DNA of 64,000 bases from Sphagnum compactum (taxonomy: Eukaryota): assembly GCA_965153455.1 (NCBI GenBank), contig OZ234493.1, forward strand, positions 36,260,213 through 36,324,212, written 5' to 3'. Below the pieces are notes generated by a model. That model searched no databases. It was given only the letters and a program-made list of their open reading frames with translations, and had not been told where the DNA came from. Below, piece after piece: positions 51,304 through 64,000 of the stretch. The number at the start of each line of letters is the position of its first letter. Position 1 is the stretch's first letter. Position numbers and translations under genes: made by a program.

Positions 51304-54300
51304 ATTTTCAGACCCTTCACCTTTGTAAAAAAATGGGTACATTGACAAATTTGGGCTTGGGAGGGTCCCAGAAATACACTAAGAAAAACTGGCCGGTTCT
51401 TTAGGCTTGTAAATGAAAAACCATTTCATCACATGGAGGTGATATACTATATATGTCCTTTTTAATATTTAAATTTATTTCTAATGTATTATTTATTTAT
51501 CTCCCTAAAGGCTTATACACTAAATCTAAATTAAAATGGAACTAGAAACTATGTATTTAATGTTTTAAAAAGTGTGAGGTTCCTTTCCTTATGGGTTCAG
51601 GGGCTTCCTTGTAGTTTTGTCAAGATTCCAAGTTTTTTTCAAAGGCTTTTGTTGCTTGTCAGATTCCTTTGCATTCCAAATATTTTATTAATGATTTTTT
51701 TTAATGTTTGCACACTATCATGGTTGTCCTTTGCACCAATGTCCCTTGACTGAAGTGGCAATCATATGTAAAATGGTTTAGTAAAATTCGGGTGTAAAAA
51801 AGTATGAAAGTAAGAAAAATTAGCCATCATTCTATTTTTTGGCTACCTATTGGAACCTAATATAAAATATGATGATTTTATATAGAAAAAATGAAATTAA
51901 TTGATCAAAATTGGTGTTTAGAAAAATCAAAAGCACTTATTTTGTGGCCAATTAGAAAACAAAATCATTATCTATTACAAATTTGTCAAAAAAAACACCA
52001 ATTCTTACCATTAAATATACTTTTACAATTTTGTACACAGATTATAGAATGAAATCAACGTTCTTTTAAATTTCCATCCGGTGTCTTTAGCTATTTTAGG
52101 AATGGTGTTTTAAGTTATGATGCAAACAAAAAGATCCATGAATTATTTTTGGTTATATAAGAAAAAGAAAGAAAAACCCGAAAAAGAAAAAGTATCGACT
52201 AACTTGTGAAAACACTAGACCTTACATATTGTGATTCACTCACAAACAAGGCAATATGTGATGATTTAATGAGTAAAAATGAGAAAAATACTTTCTCAAT
52301 TTAAAAAGAATTATTATTCTTATTATTATTCTTCCTCGTCATTTTGAGAATTGTCACTTTTTGTAGACAAATCCTTAATTTTGATCCTTGCTAGATTAGT
52401 ATATCAACGAGGATTGATTCCAAGGTGGCTAACTTTGGTTACACAACCTTCTTATTGATGTTGGTCTTAGTTTAATTTTGTTCAATCCTTTGGCAAGATC
52501 CAGTTTAACGTTTCATGTGTAGTTATATGAAGACAAACTACACTGGGAAGGAAATTGCTCCCTGAGTACATTGACATCAAGACCTTTATTTTCAAGAATA
52601 ACAAAGGGGAAAAAAACAAAGAAAGAAAGAAAGAAAGAAAATTTTAGTTGATTTTTTTGGAGGAATATATTCTGAAAACAAACATCTATCCCCAAAATTG
52701 TTGTAAATTTCAACTGCAGAACCATTGTTTTTTCCTTTTTCAGTTTTGGGATGTAGCTGCAGTGACAATAATGTTGCTTGTGCATGGACAAAGCAACTTT
52801 TTCTTTTGGTGGCAAGATTTGTTTTCAAAACATTAAGAAATTAAAAGAGTGAAAATGAAGTGATTTCTGGGGTTTACAATCACTAGGATCGAAGAAAATT
52901 TAATGAAAATCAACAGATTTCTATATTTGGTTCCCAGTAGGTAGCCAGAAATATAGAAGGATTCTGAAAATTTCTTTTTCATTTTCATATTGTTTCTGTA
53001 GCCAAATGTAGCTAAATTGTTTGTATGGACGATCGTCACTTTGTCTAGATCACAAAATCGATCTCAAAACAAAAGGGAAAGACACTGGTCCGACCAAAAT
53101 GCTGATGGAGTTTGTTTAGTAAATCAGCACATGACATGTCACGCACCCTTTCTTCATCTTTTCTTCATCATCATACTACTTCATGGGTCCTCATGTATTC
53201 TTGAGTCGGAGACTGCGATCTGCAGGCACGTTTGATTTTTTGGGTAACTGGGTTATTGAGTTTCTCAGGTATTGTTTGCACGGGAGACTGAGCTGCATTT
53301 GATTCGTTGCACCTCGCACATGTTAGTGTGTCTCGAATCATCATTCCCTACAACTTCGTCATGCAGCCCAGAGGTCCTATGAGCATTGACAAGAAGAAGA
53401 CTGGAAGAAGAAGGGAAGGAGTAGGCAGCTTTGGTCCACTTTCTCAGGTGAACAAGAGTTTAAGAACGTGATGGAATTCTATAATGGAAATATAAGTCGG
53501 TCTTCTTCAGGACCCAAAAGAAGAGAAGTTGCGCTTGAAACGCACTTACCGAGGTTGGTCTGCTATAGACTTTTGAATAAAAAACCAGCTAGTCCTTGTA
53601 TAGGGGAAAAAATGTATGGCCTTTCCCATTCCAGGCCGGTACTGGTATTGGGTACTTTCATACCCGGATGGTCTAGCTATTGGTTTCAAGACAAGGGACT
53701 TTTGATTAATATGGAGCAAGTATAATAGTATATACCCGTGTCAGGTGAGTATATTGATTTTTAATATATATCGGCCAGGTAAGGTTACTGTAGTACCTGA
53801 ATGGATTTGGCATAAATTAAATTATTTTTCATTTTGTCGAATTTTTGAAAAATTATTTAGTATTTGTGTTAAAATTTACATAAAATCAAAAGTTCAACTA
53901 TCAGGTTTGAATCACAAACCTTCAAGTACCATCTTAACAACACCCTAGATTGTTCCACAACCTTGAAAAGAGACTGTTTATTATTTTTATATAGCGATTG
54001 TCTGCCAAGAATTTCAAAATTAAAAAACCAAGTGCCTACATTAAAAATTAAAAGATAATTAATTATTCGGCAGTTTGTTGCCGAAATCATTCAGGCACGT
54101 TTGTTGCTGAAACCGATTTCAAAAATTCTAATTCAAGTAAGGAAAAAGGTATATAAGCTATTCAAAATTCTCATTCCCAAGTGAGGGTAAAAGATCATCA
54201 TTTACCCTTTTTATGGGATAAGGACATGGATAATATATATGTGTTTTTTTTTTCAAAGTTTATCATCTAAGTATATGTGGAAAAGTATGAAAATTCTCAA

Positions 54301-56477
54301 AATTCTCAAACATATTTGAGAGGTTTTTGAAGAATTTGAAAAGATTAGGGTGGGAATTTTGTTCTTTTCTTGGTAATAATACAAATAACTAATTCTCAAC
54401 TCTTAACTTTTTTTCATACTTGAAACTTCAAGCCAAAAACTAATGAAACACAATTTAATTCTACGAGTTACATTATACACATTTTCATCAAATGCAAAGT
54501 GAAAAAAGTACACATGCAACATATGGTAGTGAGGAGTGATCTTAAACTCAAACATAGGTCATAAAATGCAAAAAGAAATATGAAAAAAATACACATGTAA
54601 TATATGGTAATGAAAAGTGTAGTCACACTTACAACTATTGGCTTTAGCATATTTTGCAGGATGATCCACAATTTTCATGTTTAGATTAGGCAAGCTGGAG
54701 AAATGATTTACATTGGTTTGCATGTGTAGAGGCAGCCAATTAGAAACAAAATTCCATGTGAGAATATTAGCTGATTTTATTTTCTCTAGATTTTATATAG
54801 CTGGCTTTTATCATCCTCAAAAAAATTACCCACACCTAGTTCTAGGGTTAAATTTAAAATACATATGAACTAGGTATATATATTAATTACTCACCAATTA
54901 GATAGGGTAATATTTAAAGGTAAATAAAAAAATTACCAATCATGTAGGGTATACATTTAAACCCTTTTATATACTCATGAATATGTGTGGGTAATAAATT
55001 TACCCGCCCAACATTGGTATATATATGGAGCTTGATATAAAATCAGTACAATGTTGGTATCACCTCAAATCCCTATGAGACTCATAGTGGCGGAAGGCTG
55101 ATAACTAATTCTTTTTCAGGTTTGACATGCAGGTGTTGAATAATTATTTTATTTTAAAATTTTTGATTCAGTAGTAAACAAAATGATTTATGAAAATTTG
55201 GCTGTAAATCTGAGCAACTTCTTTGGTAGGTTTGATCTAGACCTTAAATTTTAAACATAATGAGACTTTTTACAATATTTATTATTATTATTATTTTGTA
55301 AAAATAGGGAGAGATAATGTTCCACCAAATTATAGGATAGATAAAATCTTGTCAATTATTGAATACTTGTTTGTGCCGATTAAATTAGGTGCCAATTAAG
55401 TTATTATTCCAAATGGTGGACTAGCTTGAATCAATAAGCTCTTGGATTTTCATCAATTTTGTATTTTGCCTTCCTTTGATGTCATTGTGCATGCATGGCC
55501 TTGTTATGTGTCATTCATTTTTTTTCAATGCTGCCAATTTTGACTTAAGATTACTTACACTTTTTCATCTCAGCTCAAACAATTGATTTAACCACCTCCA
55601 TTTCTAATTCGTCCTTTTTTCACTTTGACCTCCGTAACTCTTTTGTCAAACTCTATTTCTATAGTCTTCTTCTGTGACTCCCTTTGAAAAACCCTTTCTA
55701 AAAAACTTTACCCATATCTATATCATGCAAGACATTACATTTACAATCTCCAAACATCAGTCATGGGAAAGGAGAAGAAAGCCACGTGATGCAATACAAT
55801 GACAAATTTAGGCACCACAAAAAATTGATCCAACTCCAACTTTTTGGGCATCCAAGGTGAATAATTTCCTTCAATTTTGGCCTTTCAGACATGATTTCTA
55901 AAAAAGATTGACACTTTCTTAAGTAATTTAATTGCCACTGAACCTGACAAGGAACTATGATACTGCCTCAACTCATACCAAACTAGTACCATCCTTGCTA
56001 CCAATGTTATACTAATGTTGACTAGTTATGGAGGTTTTGATTGAGTTATAAACTCAAGTATTGATAACCTACCAAGCAATGAATAGTAGATAGTTTGATA
56101 ACCGGTTAATAACCTAACGATCTAGTATTAAATTTCAAATTTGAATAGTTGACTTGGGGGTCCAAATTCAGGCTGGACCTTCTTCGCAGACTTCCGTACT
56201 CAAGTTTCATGGTCAAGCTCGGTCAGACTTCGATCTTCTAAGAAATCCCGACAATTGCAGAAGCCAGAGAACTGGAGAGGTCCACGTTCGACTCTACTTT
56301 CCATTTTCAAATGAATTTTTCCTTCAAAAATTTGCACTTAGGCAGAGATCGAGAGGATGACTTTGGCATCTTTCTTCGTTTCTTTCAATTAAAATTTCCC
56401 GAAATAATTGTATTAGGCAGAGATCGAAAGGCTGACCCGTTTGACAATCTGGTTCTAGATCCCTTGCAAATTTGTCG

Positions 56478-56484
56478 TATAAAT
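56478..56484 (+). promoter_or_regulatory. Candidate TATA box of the P450 gene
   Basis: TATAAAT about 255 bp upstream of the ATG, at the transition into a more GC-rich leader. Confidence 0.4.
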
Positions 56485-56734
56485 GAGTAGCAGCTTGGAC
56501 GAGCCTGGCAGCATCTGCATGAACTCGTTTGGGTTAATCCAAGACAGGATTGAGCCTCAAGAGTTCTAAGCGGAAATTCATGAGGAGTTGATGATCTGTA
56601 GATAGAAAGGATCTGAACATCCAGACTCTTCTAATTGAAGCGATCTCTCGGATCATCAGCTGTTGTTTTAGGAGCTCGATTGAATTGTGAGGTGATCGCG
56701 GACCGGAGCTCGTGAGCTTGAGGGTTCATACAAA

Positions 56735-58836
56735 ATGGAGTACCTGCTTGTCGCGGGTCTGGTGGGTGTTTTTTCTCTAGTATTGTTTGTGAAGCTGTTT
56801 TCTGGAGGAGCTGGGCAAGCTGCACGACGTAAGCTCAAGCTTCCGCCTGGTCCTAAGCCGTTGCCCATCATCGGCAACATGCATCAATTCGGGGATAAGC
56901 CGCATGTCAGTCTCTGGCACATGGCTCAGAAGTATGGTCCCATTATGTACCTCAAAGTGGGTACCCACGGTCTCGTCGTTGCCTCCACAGCCGAAGCTGC
57001 TCAAGAGTTCGTCAAGGTGCAAGACAAAATCTGGGCTGGACGACCGGCGCCGCCAGGAGCTGACATCTTCTCCGAGAACATCGCCAACATCGTGTGGGCT
57101 CCTTACGGACCTTACTGGCGCCATTTACGCAAGATCTTCACCATAGAGCTTTTTACCGCCAAACGCTTGGAGTCGTTCCGTCCTCCCCGAACGGAGGAGT
57201 TCGACCAAATGGTGAAATCCATTATGGATGATGTCGACGAAGGCAAGCCGGCCGTGGATCTAGCTGTGAAGCTCAACCATCTGGCTTTCAACAATGTCAC
57301 TCGCATGTTGTTGAATAAAAGGTACGAAATTCCAGTGGACACAATATTGAGCTGTTTGCCATTTATACGTTTTTCTTGTTGCTGATCATCGAAGTACACT
57401 GGGGCGGTGTGAAGACAATGGTGGCATGCTAGATCATAATCGGACTCGCTGTCTCTGCCATCATCAAGCTCTGCATGAAGTTTCTCACTGTGCATTTTTG
57501 AGATTGCGATTTGCGCTCAGTTTCTGTTGAGAAATTTATATTAGCTGGGGGATGTTGTGCATATGAGTGAGTCTTGCAGGTTATTTGGCGTCGACACATC
57601 ATCACAACAGGAGGCTTTCAGGTTCAAGGAGTTGATATTCAGATTCCTGTCACTGGCAGGAACGATAATAATCGGCGATTATATTCCATGGCTGAAGTGG
57701 GTGACGACCGTAACAGGTTTCAAAAGGTACATGAAGAAGGTCAAAGCAGATGTTGATGACATGCTTCAGGAGTTTCTGGAGGTCAAGAAGAATGGAAAGA
57801 GCATGAATGCTGCGGCGCAAGTTGCTAGTGCCGATAGGAAGTCTCCTGAGCATCGCGACGACTTTGTAGATATCTTGTTGCGACAACCTGCAGAAGATGG
57901 AACCGGTCGTCTGTCTGACACTTCAATTAAAGCTTTGATTCAGGTGCACGGAAAAAAAAAAAAACCTACCCATCCTCATTCAGACATGCAGCTCTGACTG
58001 CACTGCCAGAGCTTCCCAAAGCTTGCTATCTGCAGGATATGCAATCTTGTTGCAATTCTAGGACCTTGCTCATAAGATGTGCTCCCCGAGCTATGTATCT
58101 GCAAGTACTCGCAGCCATGAAATCATTGAAGTCTTGTAATAATGCTCCTCGATCATGTACTAAGATTGTTGGTTAGTTGTCTGCTCGGTTGCTATGAACG
58201 CGATTCTAGGACATGCTTGTTGCCGGAACAGACACGTCATCAAACACAGTGGAATGGGCGATAGCAGAGCTGATCCATCACCCGGAGTACGCAAAAAAGC
58301 TATATGCGGAACTGGACAAAGTTGTGGGAAGGGAGAGAGTTGTAGACGAGACGGACATACCCAATCTGCCATACTTGAATGCGGTGGTGAAGGAGACGTT
58401 CCGCATGCACCCACCAGCTCCACTCAATCTTCCACACAAATCTCTGGAGGACACAACAGTAGCAGGATTCGATCTACCGGCCAACACGCAACTGTTCATC
58501 AACATCTACGCTATCCAGAGAGACCCTAACTGGTGGGAGAAGCCTCTGGAATTCGATCCCGAGAGGTTCATCAAGAACCCCGAGATCAATGTCACTGGAA
58601 ACCATTTCCAGTTGATTCCTTTCGGTGCCGGCAGGCGTCAATGTCCCGGGATGCCGCTGGGCGTTTTGTTCGTGCAAGTCGGTTTGGCTCGTCTTATGCA
58701 GAGCTTTGAATTCGCGTTGCCTCCTGGCCAAGACCCTGCAACCCTAGACATGTCCGAAACCTTTGGTATTACTCTGCCTAGGAAAACTCCATTGCAAGTT
58801 GTTTGTAAGCCTCGGTTGCCCAAGCACTTGTATTAA
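56735..58836 (+). CDS. Cytochrome P450, CYP71 clan (A-type), 3 exons, 525 aa; family not assigned
   Basis: Exons 56735-57321, 57580-57943, 58210-58836 (1578 nt). N-terminal membrane anchor, PPGPKPLPIIGN hinge, WRHLRK (helix C), AGTDTS (helix I), KETFR (ExxR), FDPERF, PFGAGRRQCPG (heme Cys). The phase-0 intron just before DMLVAGTDT is at the conserved A-type P450 position. Confidence 0.96.
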
Positions 58837-60699
58837 ACAAACTTGACTAGTGATCCCAAACAACACAGCCCAAGTTGAGCCCCAAATTGAAACAATAAAT
58901 GACCAAAGTACATGGCTGAGGGAATAGTCTAAGGACCCAAAACCCTACACCATAGGCACCTAAACCCAAAACCCTAAATCCTGGACGCTAGCAACCAACC
59001 TAAACCCTACATCTTAGTTGATTTATTTCCATTTTAAATTAGATTTCACTGATTTTTCTCAAATAAAGATTATCATTTAAGTGTGCATAGTGAGTGAAGG
59101 TGAAGGGTTGGTGGGAAGCTCACGTGGTCACCCCGCCCGAGGTCGCTTGCATCACTAAAATCCATTATCACTATAATAGAGTTAATTGGACAAATTTAGT
59201 CTAATTTATTTTTTTTCTATGTTTGTTTGTTCTATGGTAGTGAGATTTTGGTAAACCAAAACTATCTATGAGTTATGTATAATAAGCTTATGAGATTTTC
59301 ATTGATTATTTCTCAAATAATGGTTCTCTAACCTCACATGTATTTTAGGGTTCCAAGTAAATGAGTATCAACATATGTGGATATATCCCATTTCATCTTC
59401 CCATCAGCCTCCATGAGGCAAAAGATATTCACTGATCTATCTAATTGAGTCAAATATCATAATTCTACATGTAAAACTCAAAATTTGAAATTATTCTTCT
59501 TAACATCAAAAGAAATGGGGTCCAATCATGGGGTTTACTTTTGACGAATTTTCACCACCAGTTGGCCCCAAAAAAGAATCCAGAGTGACTCATGCACATG
59601 ACATTTGTGAAAAATATGCCTCACACTTGTCAAATTTTGAGCAATTCCTCTTGTGGAATGATGGCCAGCCAATATTGCTACATCACAAAATTGAAAAAGC
59701 AAAAAAAACCTTGAGTCCAATAAACCCACAATTTCGATGTCCCAAATTCCAAAAATCCCAAAACATAAAGTTCTTTATAAAACTCTTGTTGTAAAATACA
59801 AACTTGTGATACGATATCTTACAATTCAAAACAGATATTACAAAATATTTTTACTTCAATGTAACGTGACTATTTCTACCTATCATCAGATTCTTTTTTT
59901 TTCCCCCGAATTTATTAACTACACGAAAGTGGAGAATGTTTTCTGCGACAAAAATCCAACTGTTTTCTCAATTTTTTTTTCCAAAATAGCCAAAATATTA
60001 TATTTGACACACAATTCAAATATCTGAAACTCTAACAATATATAAACATAAAATTTAAATGATAAAATGAAAAGTTATAATATAATATACACTACAATTA
60101 ACAAAACATGCTGCAAACCATTTTCCTTGAGCAATTCCATTTTAAGGATAGGTTGCCTCAGGTCCAATGCAGGTCAGCGCTGAGCGCCTGAGGTCCTTTG
60201 CAGAGCGCTACAGCTGAGTGCTGGAGATCCTGGGCAGGCTGCAGGTGGGAGCGTAGGAGGCGACCGGATGTCTGCCAGATGTGGCGGAGCAGAAAGTTTT
60301 GATTTTTTGCCCAATCTGCCTCTCGTGTGGCACTCTGCCAGGGAGATTTCTTCATCATGAACATGTGCTAAGAACTTTTTCTATAATGCTTTTATTTTGA
60401 ACCCTAGTGGAAACTAGAGAGGTAAAGAGCTTGTTCCTTATGCAATAGGTTTTCCATCATTAGAAGGGTGGCTGTTTAATATTTTATACCTATGACCAAT
60501 GTTCAATAGAAAATAATTCTTAAAAACACAAAACCTTTAATAAACAAGTTTGGAAATCCATTCGCAGAAAGTACAAGGCATATTGAAGCAAATGTAAACA
60601 CACAAAAGGAAAATAAGACCATCAAAATAATAGTAATGAAGTGAAAGATGTAATGCTAAAAGGGCATCCTCTGTCACAAATCAACTAGCAATGGAAGTC

Positions 60700-61490
60700 C
60701 ACTAGTTGGTATGTGCAGAAGAGATGAAGAATTGTGATTAAGCGTGATAGCCCGTTGAAGAATTGCGATGGCTTGCACACGTTGTAAAGCTATGGACACT
60801 TGTTGCTTAGAATGAAATATAGGCATTGAAGGTATCTAGGAGGTTTGCTAATGGCAAGCTATACAAGCATGTAACAAGAAGTCTAAAATGAATCAAAACA
60901 AGGATGGAGACAACTGTAGGTTTTTATGGCAAAGGAAATGAAATCATCTCTTGGCACTTGCTTTGTGTAGGATCGTGCCTTGTCTTGAGGAGCAACTATT
61001 GTTGCATGCGATGTTGTCATCGAAGCACATTGCATTGAATGTGTACGAATCGGATCAGCAATGACAACATCCGTTAAGGTTTGAAAATTGTTTATGGTGG
61101 TGACAAGATCCACTCATCTTCCTGTGTGGTGGGGGGAAAAAGTGAGAAACCTATTGTTGTACGTGAGCTCCACTTTTTGATGTAATAGTTACAATGACAT
61201 CTCGAAGCGTATCATGGGTTGTAGTGCACTCATTCTCACACATGCAATGTAACAAATGGATACCCAAATCATCGATGGTATGACCACATTAACATCATGA
61301 AAGATGACAACTGCAAGATGTGGTGTATTAAAATGAATACGGAATGCTGTAAGGAAATGGGTAAAGGTTAAATGGAATGAAGGGGTGTTAGGACGAGTTA
61401 ATAACGAAACCCCTGTTATTGGACATGCACAAGAATGAAGATGTACTTGCACAACATCTAAAGGAGCATCTGTTAAAAGTGAAGTAAATT
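60700..61490 (-). mobile_element. Degenerate 3' part of a CRE-like non-LTR retrotransposon with restriction-like endonuclease (RLE)
   Basis: Across frameshifts and stops: VHLHSCACPITGVSLLTRPNTPSFHLTFTHFLTAFRIHFNTPH (cf. ARLRSxxxxxAGAWLxxxPxxxxxxLxxxxFxxALRxRLGLP), C*CGHTIDDLGIHLLHC (CCHC), THDTLRDVI, VDLV...TLTDVVIADP, QDKARSY, FISFAIKTYSCLHPCFDSF (PD-(D/E)xK-type RLE) and QVSIALQRVQAIAILQRA. Confidence 0.75.
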
Positions 61491-64000
61491 TCTACTCGTG
61501 TAGTTGGTCCATCAAACAAGATTGCTCCATAAACACTTACAAATTTGAACATATGAAATATATTTGTGTCAAAAAATACATGTCACAAAATATGAAAAAT
61601 TGCAAATATATTTCAAAACTAAAGTTATGGGTGGAGTTTTGTAATGAATTTTTTGGTGGTGAACAATATTGATGTACGTCAACTAAATTTAAAACCATTT
61701 AGAAGTTTACAAGTTTTGGTTGAAAATCCATTCAAAAAATGTGTTTGTTTGCACTTCATGAACAATAAATGCATAATAAATTTTTAATTTTGGGAAAAAG
61801 CCATTACCATAAGAAAAAAAAAATTATAGGTGGGAATAATGTTATTTTTTCATTTTTTTTGGGTTTAGTAATGTGTCATGAACCACAAACATGAAGGCCT
61901 GTGGTCATTGAAAATATGTATGTTATATATTTTATACACATTGATTTTATCCAATTCTTTTCATCTAACCATTGGATCAAGCTTGACTTTGATTCAAAAT
62001 GAGCTTTGAGTTCAAAAATATTGTCTTGCACATTTTTTTAAGTTTTTTTAAAAAAAATTATAAATATTTTAATGTTTAAGATTTCCAAAAAGTGCCTTCA
62101 AGATTTTAGTTTACTACGCATTTGTATACTTGTTATACATCACTTTTTTGGGTGAAAAATGGTGAAAAATAGCTCACCCATAATGTGCTTTCACCTTAGA
62201 TTCAATTTCCTATTTTGCAAGCTTTTAGTTGTTGTGCAACAGAGCTAATTAAACTTTTTATTTTCTTTCCCCCCCTTTCAATTATGTCCACCACTAAAGT
62301 TCAAATGCAACATTCAATGGGTGTTGTGAATTAAGAACACCCAATAGGTGAGACATGATTTGTAGTACTCAACATGGTTTTTGGTTGATGTTAAAAAGAG
62401 AGCCTATTATATTTTTCTCCAAGATGGAAAGACTTCAATAAGAAGAGGAATTGAAGGGAAGGACTGCAAAGAAGGCACAGGAGATGGAACAATCCTTGCT
62501 GAACAAAGTGGGTGGGTTTCAATGTCACATGGTTCTTCTACCTTCATTCACTAATGCTTGCCATGGGTGTTGCACATTTACATATCTTGATCTACAGTGT
62601 CTTTGTTGGTAGATATTATGTTGTGACAAAAAAAAAAGATTCAAGTCTACGAAATCAAAGTGTAACTTCACTCTCGGTAACGTTATATTGTTATTGTTAA
62701 AATTATAGCATCACATTATACTTTGTTGCAAAATCTAGTTCAAGACATGGGGTAACAAGTGCAAGAAATTATCTGTTGTGTGGAAATGTGATGATGATTT
62801 TGTAGGCAACAACATTTGCATCACAATAAGGTGGAAGTTTGAAATCACTAAACCAAGCAAACAAGGACACTAAGGACACACCATCAACATTGAAGATTGT
62901 TGGAAACAACGTTGCAGGTATGTTGATGAATTTGTTATCTCATTTTCCTCCACTGTTTTTGGGTGTTGTGGTAGTAGTATATGCATATGGATTAGGTAAA
63001 TTGGGTATTGGGTGCTTTGTTTCTTTTATCGCCATGGTCAAAGGTCCAGTGAGTGTGATGATTCGTTCTGGAATATTTGAAACAACAATCCCTTGGCTTG
63101 TATTTTTCAATTGCTATACACAATACAACTCGTACAATGAAGATGTTCATTTTGAATGTTATCCAACAAAATGGGTTATTGGGATTTTTTAAGATCTTTC
63201 TCGAAGAACAAAAAAAGTGACTGGGTTATACGATGGTTTATTTTCAATGAAAAAACCAACAAGGTAATATCATGATTACCTAGTAGGATTTAGTTGACAT
63301 AGTCTTTTTTTTTTTTTTTTTTTTCATTTTTTGGGGTTCATTATAATTAGTAGAAGACAAATATCTATCACACATTTTTGTTTATATTAGACTTTGAAAT
63401 CCACATGCATTTGTTTCAAGTAGTGTTGGTGTGTACATAACATGTGTGAATCTATAAAAAAAATTGGAAACCACCTTGATGGAAGACACTTGTGATATCT
63501 GGTAGCCTTGTTGCGCTCTAACCTCTTTCTTTAGCAATGCAACTTGCCAGAAATGGTGAGTTCCCAACTAAACATTTTTTTGATACAAATGTTTGAGATT
63601 TCAGTTGAGATTTGACTTGTTATTAATGGAGCTTATGATATGAGTATTTATTACAATGATGACCTACATTTGGGTGTGGTGTATTGGGTCTAGCATACAA
63701 TAGTTTGCAAGGATACAAGTGGGGCATGTGAAAGCAGAAACTAAGATTGTCCTACACAACCTTAACCCAAAGTGGAACTAGGTTTTTGCAGTTGGAGAGG
63801 ACAAAGTTCAAGGTAGACCCTTAAATTGACAGTTTGGGATGCAATCCATGCCTTTTTTTCTCTGCCTCCCTCTGACAATTCTCCCACCTGACCTAAAGTT
63901 TGAAACCTTTAGTAGTGCCAATTAATAGTTCAATTACAAGCACTGAAAAAAAATGGGCACAAAAGCATATCTTTTTATGGATTTTCTTAAAAAAAAAGCT

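Noticed and set aside
53385-53425. tgacaagaagaagactgg resembling miR156/miR535 starts
   Set aside because: Similarity ends after a few bases and no convincing fold-back partner was found.
58930-59010. aaaccct-rich stretch after the P450 stop as interstitial telomere
   Set aside because: Only a few dispersed, degenerate units; not a tandem TTTAGGG array.
62380-63200. ORF 62839-63192 and neighbouring coding-like sequence (also about 14560-14900, 19200-19720, 28780-29100, 47920-48300)
   Set aside because: Probably decayed TE coding sequence, but I recognised no domain motif, so no call is made.

Overview
Eukaryotic, intron-rich plant nuclear DNA. It is almost certainly from a moss: the organellar insertion has the moss-type nad1 structure with introns at CDS positions 287 and 728 only, and the repeat landscape suggests Sphagnum (inference). 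Seven protein-coding genes were reconstructed exon by exon from GT-AG sites and recognisable protein motifs: a 5'-truncated thylakoid cyclophilin CYP37 (+), AP-4 medium subunit AP4M (-, 13 exons, 451 aa), an intronless p23 Hsp90 co-chaperone (+), an XS-domain (SGS3-like) gene with suspicious in-frame stops (-), a GA20ox-like 2-oxoglutarate/Fe(II) dioxygenase (+), RBX1 (-) and a CYP71-clan cytochrome P450 (+). The AT-rich spacers hold a ~2.5 kb decayed mitochondrial insertion (nad1 exons 1-2, two group II introns, maturase domain X), a degenerate Ty3/gypsy-like gag, a 298-bp Mutator deletion derivative with a 9-bp TSD, a MITE family, a CACTA DUF4216-like remnant, a CRE-like non-LTR retrotransposon remnant and many minisatellites. 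The most unusual observations are a 4-copy tandem duplication of a CYP37 exon/intron junction that creates candidate cassette exons, apparently unedited C residues preserved in the NUMT, and the stop-interrupted XS-only gene converging on a p23 retrocopy with a candidate 3'-UTR intron. No new multi-gene system can be firmly claimed from sequence alone. All homology calls come from motif recognition, not database searches.
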